NCBI GenBank assembly: GCA_021648085.1 | Contig: JAKITS010000001.1 | Coordinates: 452,948 to 516,947, forward strand | DNA from: Candidatus Magasanikiibacteriota bacterium | GTDB taxonomy: Bacteria; Patescibacteriota; Patescibacteriia; Magasanikbacterales; UBA922 | Reading direction: 5' to 3' | DNA: 64,000 nucleotides | In this document: positions 9,801 through 17,985 of the stretch, in pieces | How positions within the stretch are numbered: position 1 is the first letter of the stretch | Layout of the letters: the number at the start of each line of letters is the position of its first letter | Translations under genes and position numbers: made by a program | Notes under the pieces: model-generated | What the model saw: only the letters and a program-made list of their open reading frames with translations | The model's database searches: none | What the model was told of the DNA's origin: nothing

Positions 9801-12248
9801 ATTTAATGTGACAGTTCCTGATGATTTATTTATGTTTATATCTGAATTTATTTTATCTTCCACTCCTGTTAAATCTATTGTCTGATCTTGGGTTCCCGTT
9901 AGGTTGAATGTGGCCACATCTAAATTGTCAAATGTGCTGGCCATTGAAAAGTTTGTTCCAGTAAATTCTAATATATTACCAGGCATCCTACCATCAATAA
10001 GATTTAAAGTAGAAGAAACTACTAATGTATCTCCTGAAGCAATAGTGACTGTTTGACCACTATCTCCTTCTATTGTTAAGTTTGTAAAAGTAAAAGTTGT
10101 TGGTACATCTATAGTTGCTGATGTTGAATGAGTATAATATAATGTAGTTCCATTTTCATAAACAGTAGCACCAGCTCCAATAGTAAGATTGTAAACAAGA
10201 CTTGTTGTTCCGGTTGGGAATGTAAAAGTTCCGCCTGTAATAAAAAGACCCTCGTAAATATATGTGATTGAAAGATCACCTGTTCCACCATCGAAAGTAC
10301 CTCCAGAAACTATTAAAGCCCTATAACTTTCCATTAATGCACTTTGCATATTGAAAGTTCCACCAGAGATATTTATAGCATAGGAGTTAAAATCCAAATA
10401 GTTTGAATTTTGAGCATCAAAAGTTCCTCCTGTCATTGTAAAAGCACCGTTAAACACAATGTCAGTAGAACTTGCGTTTATTGTTCCAGCTTCTAAATTT
10501 AAAGTACTTTCAAAAGTAGTAGAAGCTACACCAGAAAATTCTATTGTTGTATTCGTTGCGTTTAGTGTAAATTTAGGCATATCGACATCTGCTGGAATTA
10601 TTATATTCCTTGTGTCTGTTCCTGTTATTTTGAGAAGTCCTGTTCCACCATCAAATGTAGTGGCCATAGAAAATCCACTTCCAGGACCTATAAATTCAAA
10701 AGTACCTGAACCATCCAAAGCACCATCAACTAAATTTAAAGTAGAAGAAACTACTAATGTATCTCCTGAAGCCATGCTCACTGTTTGATTAGTACTTCCA
10801 TCAATTATAAAGTTTGTAAAAGTAAAAGTTGTTGGTACATCTATAGTTGCTGATATTGAATGAGTATAATATAATGTAGTTCCATTTTCATAAACAGTAG
10901 CAGTTGCACCAATTGTTAAATTTCTTTTTAAAGTTGTTGTTCCTGTTGGGAATGTAAAAGTTCCTCCTGAAATTGTAAGATTTGCATATGTATATTGAAT
11001 TGTAAGATTTCCTGTTCCACCATCGAAAGTTCCTCCAGAAACTGTTAAAGTGTTATAACTTTCCATTAATGCACTTTGTAAACTAAAAATACCACCTGAT
11101 ATAGTGGTAGAGCCATTAATATCCAAATAATTTGAGTTTTGTGCATCAAAAGTTCCTCCTGTCATTATAATAGATTTAAAGCTTATATCCGTAGAGCTTG
11201 CATTTATAGTACCAGCATCCAAATATAAATAACCTTCAAAAGTTGTAGACGCTACTCCAGAAAATTCTATTGTTGTGTTTACTGCGTCCAATCTAAGTAA
11301 AGGAAGCTTAACATTTGCATCAAGTATAATATTTCTTGTTTCTACTCCTGATATCTTAAGCTGTCCAGATGATGCAGAAGATCCGCCATCAAATGTTGTA
11401 GCCAAAGAAAAACCACTCCCAGGACCTGTAAATTCTAAAACTCCAGTGCCATCTAGCTCTCCGTCTATAAGCGTAAGAGTGGAAGAGACTATTACAGTGT
11501 CACCAGTATAAATAGCTAACCGCTGACCGCTTCCACCAGCAATTGTAAGGTTTGTAAAAGTAAAAGTTGTTGGAACATTTAAAACAGCACTAGTTATAAA
11601 AGTCATTATCAAATTTGTGCCATTTTCATATACAGTAGCACCAGCTCCAATAGTTAAATCGTCTGTAATAGTTGTTGTTCCGGTTGGGAATGTAAAAGTT
11701 CCACCTGAAATTGTAAGATCTGCATAACTATACTGGAATATCATAGTTCCTGTTCCACCATCGAAAGTACCTCCTGAGAAAACGAAATTATTATATGGTT
11801 CGAATACTGAAGATTGCATATTAAATGTACCTCCTGAAATTGTAGTAGATCCATTAATATCAATAATCGTATCCCCTGCATTAAATGTGCCATCAGCCTG
11901 TGTAAAATTTCCAGTAGTAAGCGTAACACCTGTTGCAACAGTAATAGTCCCAGAATAACCAGCATCTATTTGAAAAGTTGTGACAGTAGAATCAACATCA
12001 ATAGTTGCATTGTCCACATCTCCACCATCAAAAATAGCTATGTCTCCAGAAATAGGATGAGTAGTATCATTTGCCCCACCGGTTGTGGTGGACCAATTTG
12101 TGTCAGCAGAAAAATTTCCTCCAGAAGTTCCTATCCAATATTTGGTGGCTGCTTGTGACGCCGTAGGAATTAGTGAAAAAAATAAAAATAAAAAAATAAA
12201 AAAGAATAATTTTCTATACAAAAAATTATTTTTAGGTTTAGCTATCAT
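6867..12248 (-). CDS. giant secreted repeat protein (1793 aa): signal peptide, 4x ~190-aa beta-helix-like GGTF repeats, Calx-beta-like domains, Pro-rich linker, ~400-aa C-terminal domain; putative adhesin/surface protein
   Basis: N-terminal signal peptide MIAKPKNNFLYRKLFFFIFLFLFFSLIPTASQA. Repeated blocks ISGGTF(N/D)…GGTG…LTISGGTFTFPTGTT…LTIGAGATVYENGT. Calx-beta-like segment …LVVVDDDLVENDETLIITISNPVGGSLG. Linker GGGFFAPPPTPSKTP. Confidence 0.85.
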   Translation of the reverse strand: MIAKPKNNFLYRKLFFFIFLFLFFSLIPTASQAATKYWIGTSGGNFSADTNWSTTTGGANDTTHPISGDIAIFDGGDVDNATIDVDSTVTTFQIDAGYSGTITVATGVTLTTGNFTQADGTFNAGDTIIDINGSTTISGGTFNMQSSVFEPYNNFVFSGGTFDGGTGTMIFQYSYADLTISGGTFTFPTGTTTITDDLTIGAGATVYENGTNLIMTFITSAVLNVPTTFTFTNLTIAGGSGQRLAIYTGDTVIVSSTLTLIDGELDGTGVLEFTGPGSGFSLATTFDGGSSASSGQLKISGVETRNIILDANVKLPLLRLDAVNTTIEFSGVASTTFEGYLYLDAGTINASSTDISFKSIIMTGGTFDAQNSNYLDINGSTTISGGIFSLQSALMESYNTLTVSGGTFDGGTGNLTIQYTYANLTISGGTFTFPTGTTTLKRNLTIGATATVYENGTTLYYTHSISATIDVPTTFTFTNFIIDGSTNQTVSMASGDTLVVSSTLNLVDGALDGSGTFEFIGPGSGFSMATTFDGGTGLLKITGTDTRNIIIPADVDMPKFTLNATNTTIEFSGVASTTFESTLNLEAGTINASSTDIVFNGAFTMTGGTFDAQNSNYLDFNSYAINISGGTFNMQSALMESYRALIVSGGTFDGGTGDLSITYIYEGLFITGGTFTFPTGTTSLVYNLTIGAGATVYENGTTLYYTHSTSATIDVPTTFTFTNLTIEGDSGQTVTIASGDTLVVSSTLNLIDGRMPGNILEFTGTNFSMASTFDNLDVATFNLTGTQDQTIDLTGVEDKINSDININKSSGTVTLNSGLTMDYANTDLNIIEGTLDLNGNTLIVNGSSGTVVVQDGGILKMQGGETVTTNATYPSFSSGSSAIFYGASSYTLPSFSTFYDVSFTGGGTYTFNTSTVATSTMTISSGTVALNGNNLTVSSTFSNDGTLRIQGGETVTLTNDTDSGTVEYVGNGDASSDAYSTSIVDFYDISINFTDSGDSLAPSVATTNINNDITLASGIYSATGTLNITGDFLNTGGTLTPNSSTVDFVGASQTISGANTFYNLTKTDSSANTFTLPASTTTTVNGTLTLAGTSGNLLSLRSSSSGTQTKFDPKSTTSAQYLDVKDNNNLSSTQIVCTTGCSDSGNNTRWQFDYEINFSATTASGDEGTTAVSVLISSDQSVVSDVSVDYAITGGTATGSGTDYTLSSGTASITNGNTTTSLSLVVVDDDLVENDETLIITISNPVGGSLGSTTTYTYTITNNDTAGVTISLSSVSVTEGSTTDTYTAVLDAQPTDDVTVSAALSNSEVSLSSSDLTFTNANWDTEQTVTVTATDDSEVDGETTTIISNTSASSDSNFDSLTIASVTATITDDDVASTGGGFFAPPPTPSKTPATESVSSGLLFTEFFLQEEKSAEVGASFHSVFVSRIAKESITVTIESDPIILNLIKGVSQKVDTNKDGVLDLEIEYAEFLNYDSVKINLINLTDESEISNPVVINYGAYTTESRDVTITFNILDADRMAVSNSKDFAGSVFTPFTSKLNWKLPSGNGEKTVYSKFLSSGGTASTYFDTILLNELNTETETDTQTEKQGSDCSLKEGGVYKTPNSSAVYLVTPDCKKRAFSRADVFYTYFDSWNNVEIVEEKRLETVEDDTLGFMPWGPKYDPKYGALVKITTDPMVYLLLGNQKYWIDSEEVFNKLNYSWNWIEDIDPRLLNKYTIGEIIDYTNRHPNYTLVKYENNPEVFRLEPDLTDQTKQVKRHIKNEEAFSRLNFRWDRIVTIKNDEEYEIGKELK

Positions 12249-12337
12249 ATATAAAAATCTCTATTAATCTTTTAATTATATCTTTTAATTACAATAATAT
12301 CAAATTGGGAATTGTGAATAAAAAATTATTAAAAATA

Positions 12338-12364
12338 AAAAAAGACGCTCAGCGTCTTTTTTTT
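12338..12364. terminator. Rho-independent terminator of rplU (hairpin gacgc-tca-gcgtc flanked by A- and T-runs)
   Basis: aaaaaaagacgctcagcgtctttttttt, 12 nt 3' of the rplU stop. This is the last element inside duplication copy 1. Confidence 0.6.
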
Positions 12365-12377
12365 AACTGAAATATTT

Positions 12378-12704
12378 TTAAGCGATTTCAGTAATTTTAA
12401 TTTTTGTAAAATGTTGTCTGTGTCCAAAAACTTTTTTATAGCGTATTTTTCTTTTGTATTTTACTACACGAACTTTTTTACTACGACCGTTTTCTTCTAC
12501 TGTAGCTTTTACAATAGCACCTTCAACAATAGGTGTTCCAACTTTTACATCTCCACCCTCTTCGTTTGCAAGCAAGTAAACTTTATCAAAAGTAACTTCC
12601 TCACCTTCATTTATATCTAATTTTTCTACTTTTAGAACGCTTCCCACCTTCACAAGGTATTGCTTTCCACCAGTTTCTATAACTGCAATCATATACGTAA
12701 ACAT
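12378..12704 (-). CDS. rplU: 50S ribosomal protein L21
   Basis: MIAVIETGGKQYLVKVGSVLKVEKL…VRVVKYKRKIRYKKVFGHRQHFTKIKI matches the L21 family throughout. No rpmA (L27) follows it. Confidence 0.9.
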   Translation of the reverse strand: MFTYMIAVIETGGKQYLVKVGSVLKVEKLDINEGEEVTFDKVYLLANEEGGDVKVGTPIVEGAIVKATVEENGRSKKVRVVKYKRKIRYKKVFGHRQHFTKIKITEIA

Positions 12705-12910
12705 TTAATTTAATCCGCCAAATAGGCCATTATGTAATTGCTTTTAGTTAGAATTTAATAAAATTTAAGCGAAAACAATTTTTTATTAATAAACTTTATA
12801 AATATAAGGTGTTTAAGAAAAAATAGTTTGTAGCTAAATTTTATAAATTATGGGCTAAAATGAATTACACAATGGGTCTATAATACATTATTTTTTTATT
12901 TTAGTCAAGC

Positions 12911-13387
12911 CTATTTGTCGGAAACAGTCAAAATATCACCTATTTTAAGATTATTTTGCTCTGCCCAGTTTGCTGGTAATTCCAAAACCATGTTTGAGTC
13001 TTTTCTTGGATAATACACCATAAGCTCAGTGTTTGATATATTTTCAGGTTGCAAATTTGGTGCAATATCTACTACTTTCCCACTATTAAACCAAACAATA
13101 TCTATTGAAAACTCCATATCCCTCATTACAAAACCATGTCTGTCAAAATTATCAAATAAAAACATCATTCCATCGAATTTTCCAAAATCTTTCCGATTAC
13201 TTAGACCTTTATATCTTGTAGATTTTGTATTGGAAACCATTACATTCAGATTTTTATCTTGCAAAACAACTACCGCACTCGGCGTACGCAAGTTCCAAAC
13301 AGATAATACTGAAAATGCTACAAAAAATATACCTAAAAATATTAAATTTATTTTTTTAAATGCACCCTTCTTTTTTTTAATGCCCAT
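12911..13387 (-). CDS. DUF192-family secreted/membrane-anchored protein
   Basis: N-terminal TM/signal. DUF192-like pattern GMMFLFDNF…FVMRDMEFSIDIVWFNSGKVVDI…MVLELPANWAEQNNLKIGD. Confidence 0.55.
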   Translation of the reverse strand: MGIKKKKGAFKKINLIFLGIFFVAFSVLSVWNLRTPSAVVVLQDKNLNVMVSNTKSTRYKGLSNRKDFGKFDGMMFLFDNFDRHGFVMRDMEFSIDIVWFNSGKVVDIAPNLQPENISNTELMVYYPRKDSNMVLELPANWAEQNNLKIGDILTVSDK

Positions 13388-13411
13388 ATTTTTTGTTTTA
13401 TTATTTAAATT

Positions 13412-14479
13412 TTATTTTTTTCCTGCTTCTTGTTTTTTGTTTATTTTTGTAAACCTAAACGCTAACAAAAGCATTAAAATAAACAGTAAGACAAGTGCAA
13501 TTAGTTTCTGACTACTTTGTAAAAACAATGCTGTTAACCCAAACAAAATTGCTATAGTATAAAAAAATAATACTGCCTGTTTTTGTGAAAAACCAGACTC
13601 CAAAAGTTGAAAATGTAAATGCTCCCTATCCCCCAAAAATACCGACTTCTTTTTTTGTATTCTACGAATTATCACCCTACCAATATCTAGCATTGGCACA
13701 CCAACAACCAAAAGTGTGATGGCTATTTTACTTCCAGAAATAATTGCCAAAGATCCAAGAATAAAACCAACAAACAAACTTCCCCCTTCACCCAAAAATA
13801 TTTTTGCCGGTGAAAAATTCCACACCAAAAAACCCAAACAAGCACCAGCAAAAACAATAGATATAACTGCAATCTCAGGCTGAAACCAAATTGTATAAGT
13901 AGAAAAAGAAAATATCATCAAAGCACCAATAAACACCAAGCCAGTGACCAAACCATCTAAACCATCTAAAAGTTTTGTGGTATACATCATTGCCATAAGC
14001 CAAAAAAATACTATAATATCTGCCAAAATAGCCCAATCACCAAAAGAACCAAAAGAAACTTTAAATAAACTTAAATCAAAAACTCCACCAAAAGGATTTG
14101 TGATTATATGTGGCCCAACTCCAAAAAATATCACAACTAAAACCGCAAAAATAGGAAAAACTATTTGGGTTTTTGCTTTTAAATTATACTTATCGTCTAA
14201 AAAACCGCCAATGATTAAAATTAAACTCCCCACAAAAAGCCCAATGAATTTTCTAAAACCTACATTTAGACCTAAAATTCCATTATAATAAAGCGAAAAA
14301 GAAACGATAAAAAAACTAATCATAATCGCCAAACCACCACCAAGTGGAATCTTTTTTTTATGCCTTTTTCTTTTTCCGTGCGGAATATCCATGACATTCA
14401 TTTTCTTCATCAAAACCAAAACAACCTTCGATAAAGAAAGTGACAAAATAAATGTTATAAAAAAATATATTAAAAGCAT
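13412..14479 (-). CDS. polyprenyl-phosphate N-acetylhexosamine-1-phosphate transferase (MraY/WecA glycosyltransferase family 4)
   Basis: ~10 TM helices. Signature LLDGLDGLVTG and DDKYNL loop motif typical of MraY/WecA/WbpL. Confidence 0.8.
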   Translation of the reverse strand: MLLIYFFITFILSLSLSKVVLVLMKKMNVMDIPHGKRKRHKKKIPLGGGLAIMISFFIVSFSLYYNGILGLNVGFRKFIGLFVGSLILIIGGFLDDKYNLKAKTQIVFPIFAVLVVIFFGVGPHIITNPFGGVFDLSLFKVSFGSFGDWAILADIIVFFWLMAMMYTTKLLDGLDGLVTGLVFIGALMIFSFSTYTIWFQPEIAVISIVFAGACLGFLVWNFSPAKIFLGEGGSLFVGFILGSLAIISGSKIAITLLVVGVPMLDIGRVIIRRIQKKKSVFLGDREHLHFQLLESGFSQKQAVLFFYTIAILFGLTALFLQSSQKLIALVLLFILMLLLAFRFTKINKKQEAGKK

Positions 14480-14545
14480 AATTTGGACGGTCTATAATTA
14501 TCTGATAAAATAACATTATGTAAAGAAACAAACAAGGAGGGCATT

Positions 14546-14911
14546 GTGTCTATATCGTTCATTACAAAAACAGCTTGGGTGATAAATCCAGACGACCCAT
14601 CACAAATAGAATATTTTTTGTTTCTAAATGCAGAGAAAATGGAAGCTGACCAAAATTTTAAAGATTTTTTAGGAGAAGAGTATTCTGTTGTGGACTTGGG
14701 AGAATATGTAAATGATTTACTTGATTTTATACTTGTAAATTGCATACAGACTTTTGATTTTATATATAGCAAACAGCAGGAAAATTATGCAATTGCAGCT
14801 TTAGATATAAGTCAAAGAGATGAAAACAATGTATCTACAGACTTTTTATTTATTATAGTTTTAGAAAAAATAGATTCAGATAAAAAAAATCATCTCAAAT
14901 TAGTAGAATAA
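14546..14911 (+). CDS. hypothetical acidic protein (121 aa)
   Basis: Strong RBS acaaggaggg 5-7 nt upstream of a GTG start. No recognisable motif. Confidence 0.5.
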   Translation: MSISFITKTAWVINPDDPSQIEYFLFLNAEKMEADQNFKDFLGEEYSVVDLGEYVNDLLDFILVNCIQTFDFIYSKQQENYAIAALDISQRDENNVSTDFLFIIVLEKIDSDKKNHLKLVE

Positions 14912-14921
14912 GGAGTATAAA

Positions 14922-15224
14922 ATGTCCATCGTCAAAAATATAGTCTTACTAGAATATAAAGACAATTCTTCAGAAATAGATATTATTGTCACTCTAAGTA
15001 AAATATTAATGGCGTTAAGTTCAGAATGTAAAAAAGCTTTAGGAATAAACCCGTCTTTGAGACTTTTGACCATCTTTATTTTGCAAAATTTTCCAGAAGT
15101 ATCAGGTATTTTAAGTGAAAAAATATCAGAAGGTTGTGAGTTGAAACACATAAACATAGAGGTAGGTAGTACAAGCAATCCTTTAATGTTGTTAATTTTT
15201 ACACTGAAAAAACCAACAAGTTAA
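14922..15224 (+). CDS. hypothetical protein (100 aa)
   Basis: Strong RBS aaggag 7 nt upstream of ATG. No recognisable motif. Confidence 0.5.
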   Translation: MSIVKNIVLLEYKDNSSEIDIIVTLSKILMALSSECKKALGINPSLRLLTIFILQNFPEVSGILSEKISEGCELKHINIEVGSTSNPLMLLIFTLKKPTS

Positions 15225-15228
15225 TCTA

Positions 15229-15262
15229 AAACTACACACTTAAGGGTGTAGTTTTTTATTTA
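15229..15262. terminator. bidirectional terminator hairpin (aaactacac…gtgtagtttttt)
   Basis: Inverted repeat ctacacac/gggtgtag with flanking A/T runs, between the convergent genes 14922-15224 (+) and clp (-). Confidence 0.5.
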
Positions 15263-17985
15263 ATCTCTAACTCTAAACCTCTCCCCAAAATCACGACATC
15301 TCCCCTATTTAATTTATCTTCCAAAAACAAATCTGCCAACTTATTTTCTACATTGTCTTGAATAGCTCTTCGCATTGGTCGTGCTCCAAAATCTGGATCA
15401 TAGCCAATATCAGCTAATTCTTCTAGTGCAATACTCTCCACTTTAAACTCAAAACCTTTCTCTTCCAATTGTACACCAACTTGTTTTAACATCAAACTTG
15501 CAATTTGTTTTATCTCTTCTTTTTCTAAAGTTTTGAACAAAACTATAGCATCAAACCTATTTAAAAACTCTGGTGCAAAATATTCACGAAGCTCATTTCG
15601 CATCATTTTTTGCCGAACCTCTTCTACCTCTACACCACTATTTAATTGTTCTTGTGCAAAAGCTGTGCCAGCGTTTGAAGTAGAAATTATAATTGTATTT
15701 GTAAAATCTACCGTTCTACCAACACTATCTGTAAGACGCCCGTCATCAAAAACCTGTAAAAATAAATTTAAAACATCTTTGTGTGCTTTTTCTAATTCGT
15801 CTAGCAAAACAAGTGAGAAAGGTTGTTTCATTACAGCTTCGGTGAGAATTCCTGTTCCTTGTTTTTCTGGTTGCCCAATCAATCTGTAAATACTATTTGG
15901 CTCTTGGTACTCACTCATATCTATTCTTATCATATTGTTTTCTGAGCCAAAATAATTATTTGCAATTGTTTTAGCAAGTTCTGTCTTTCCTACTCCGGTT
16001 GGACCTAAAAATAAAAACACAGAAATTGGCTTTTTCTCACTCCGCATACCAGCTCTTGCGCGCTTTAGTGCGTTTGCAACAAGCTCAACAGCATCGTCCT
16101 GACCAATTACCCTTTTGTGCATTTCATCTCCCAAATTCATCAACTTACTCTTTTCTTCACTTGTTACAGAAACCGCTGGAATTCCAGTCTTGCTTTTTAT
16201 AATATATCCAATATCTTCCTCGGTCACCAGCTGAGAATTTGGTTTTGAGTGAACATAAGAACCAGCTTCATTTACAATTTCTAGCGCACTTCCTGGTAAA
16301 CTCTTGTTGTTTATAAACTTCCTTGCCAAAACTACAGATTGTTCAATTGCAGAATAAGAAAAAAATACTTTATTTTTACTTTCAACTCCCCCAATTTTGG
16401 ATTCTACCACTTGAATTGCCTGATTATTATCCAATTCTTTTATGTCCACAGTTTCAAAAACAGAGCTTAAATTACTTCCAGAAATAAATTTTTTATAGCC
16501 ACTATTTGTACTTGTTGCAAAAGTTAAAATACTTCCACCACTCAAATGTTCGCTTAGGCTATTTGCAACTTCATTTGCCAACTCACTAGCCTCTGTATTC
16601 AATAATTCATCTAAATTTTCTAAAAATAAAATTACATTTCCAGCTCTAGCTACTTCACTCATAATTGTTAGAACCCTTTCTTTTGCCCCACTCGGCGTAG
16701 TGCCAGCGGTTAGTGAGCTCATAGAAATTTTTACCAATCTTTTGTCAAATAATCTTTCTGGAACATTGTTTTCTATCATTTTTCTTGCAAGCCCTTCTAC
16801 TAATGTTCTTTTGCCAACACCATAATCTCCCACAAGTAAAATACTAGACCTACCACTATCCACAACTCTAAAAATTTCTTCGAATTCTTTTTTTCTGCCA
16901 ATACATGGTGCAATTGCCCCATATTTTGCCATTGCAGTGAGATCTTCGCTAAATCTATTTAAATAGGGAGTAGAGACCGCAGTCATAGCTCTATCAATTC
17001 CATGTTTACTACGGAAAGATCCTGCTTTTTTAAGTTCTTTGTACTCTTCTCGCAATTTTTCTCGCAAAGAAAACCAAGCCGTCACATTTTCTAATTTATC
17101 ACTGTCAATTTTTAAATCATACAAAATTTCTTGTAACCTCTCTGATTGTTCCAAAGTACAGACTAACAAATCCAAAACACCAACATATTTTTGACCATTT
17201 TTGAAAGCTAATTCATAAGCTTTGAAAATAATCTGATAAAAATCCTCTCTAAACTCTGGTAAATGCACACTTTTTCCAGGTGTCAGAAGTAAATCCTGAT
17301 ATTGCTCTTTGAAAAATTTTGTCGGTACTTCAAGCCGAAGCATTGAAGAAGAGACAAGTTTAGAGTCTAATAGTCCCATAAATAAATACTCCGAATTTAC
17401 CTCTACTGATTTTTTATTTTTAGCTGTCAAATATACTTTTCCCAAAACATCTAGTGCGTCTTCCGTAAAACTTTTTGATATGTCTTTTTGTTGAGTTTTT
17501 TTAAACTTATCGACAATACTCCAATCTGATGAAGTAAGGTTTGAAAATTCTTGCTTTTCAAACTCTAATTTCTTTTTATAATTATAACTCTCAACTTTTC
17601 CAGCCTTTTTACCAAAAACCATTGTTCTATAAATAAAATAGCAAAAAAAGAAAATAGAAATTAAAAACAAAGCAACCAAATAATTACCAGAACCAAACCA
17701 AAAATCTGAAGTAAAAAAAGAAATAACTTCTAAATCTCTATAAAGAAAAAAAGAGAGTAATCCAAAGAAGATAAACGATAGAAACAAAGAAAGCGTTATT
17801 CTAATTTTATCCAAAACCTTTCTTCCTTTTTTAAGTTTTATATTATATTCAGTTATTTCGCTACCCCAATTTAACAATAAATTTCTACGGACCAAAACAG
17901 CCAAAAATCCACTGCAAGCAGTTTTGAATTTTCCCGGATCAGAACAGATTATAACTGGTAATTGTTCACCTTTTTGAAACTTCAT
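15256..17985 (-). CDS. Clp/Hsp100-family AAA+ ATPase (ClpC/ClpA-like, short M-domain) with N-terminal transmembrane anchor and apparently degenerate D1 ATP site
   Basis: Two hydrophobic helices at aa ~63-83 and ~100-120. Clp_N repeats (EDALDVLGKVYLTAKNKK…, …YQIIFKAYELAFKNGQKYVG). D1 Walker A reads GDYGVGKRT instead of GxPGVGKT, and D1 Walker B reads ILFLENLDEL instead of ILFIDELH. D2 is canonical (GPTGVGKT; LLDELEKAH). Confidence 0.85.
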   Translation of the reverse strand: MKFQKGEQLPVIICSDPGKFKTACSGFLAVLVRRNLLLNWGSEITEYNIKLKKGRKVLDKIRITLSLFLSFIFFGLLSFFLYRDLEVISFFTSDFWFGSGNYLVALFLISIFFFCYFIYRTMVFGKKAGKVESYNYKKKLEFEKQEFSNLTSSDWSIVDKFKKTQQKDISKSFTEDALDVLGKVYLTAKNKKSVEVNSEYLFMGLLDSKLVSSSMLRLEVPTKFFKEQYQDLLLTPGKSVHLPEFREDFYQIIFKAYELAFKNGQKYVGVLDLLVCTLEQSERLQEILYDLKIDSDKLENVTAWFSLREKLREEYKELKKAGSFRSKHGIDRAMTAVSTPYLNRFSEDLTAMAKYGAIAPCIGRKKEFEEIFRVVDSGRSSILLVGDYGVGKRTLVEGLARKMIENNVPERLFDKRLVKISMSSLTAGTTPSGAKERVLTIMSEVARAGNVILFLENLDELLNTEASELANEVANSLSEHLSGGSILTFATSTNSGYKKFISGSNLSSVFETVDIKELDNNQAIQVVESKIGGVESKNKVFFSYSAIEQSVVLARKFINNKSLPGSALEIVNEAGSYVHSKPNSQLVTEEDIGYIIKSKTGIPAVSVTSEEKSKLMNLGDEMHKRVIGQDDAVELVANALKRARAGMRSEKKPISVFLFLGPTGVGKTELAKTIANNYFGSENNMIRIDMSEYQEPNSIYRLIGQPEKQGTGILTEAVMKQPFSLVLLDELEKAHKDVLNLFLQVFDDGRLTDSVGRTVDFTNTIIISTSNAGTAFAQEQLNSGVEVEEVRQKMMRNELREYFAPEFLNRFDAIVLFKTLEKEEIKQIASLMLKQVGVQLEEKGFEFKVESIALEELADIGYDPDFGARPMRRAIQDNVENKLADLFLEDKLNRGDVVILGRGLELEIK

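Larger units (their letters stand above)
6834..12364. repeat. segmental duplication copy 1 (~5.53 kb; ~99.8% identical to 46816-52357, same orientation)
   Basis: Visual alignment of the two regions. Both include the 3' hairpin terminator, the whole 1793-aa ORF, its upstream promoter region and the gacgctcagcgtc terminator. I found ~8 substitutions (2 non-synonymous: I66V, I70T) plus small indels (T7 vs T6 run; 10-bp aaataaaaat tandem insertion in copy 2). Confidence 0.9.

Noticed and set aside
8077-11965. Multiple 60-135-aa ORFs on both strands inside the giant surface-protein gene (e.g. 8077-8484 +, 10459-10788 +, 11275-11511 +, 10109-10291 -), with an identical set inside copy 2
   Set aside because: They lie antisense or out of frame within a 5.4-kb ORF that has strong protein-like repeat structure. 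Their low-complexity T/S/V-rich translations are a by-product of the repetitive coding strand. They appear twice only because the region is duplicated.
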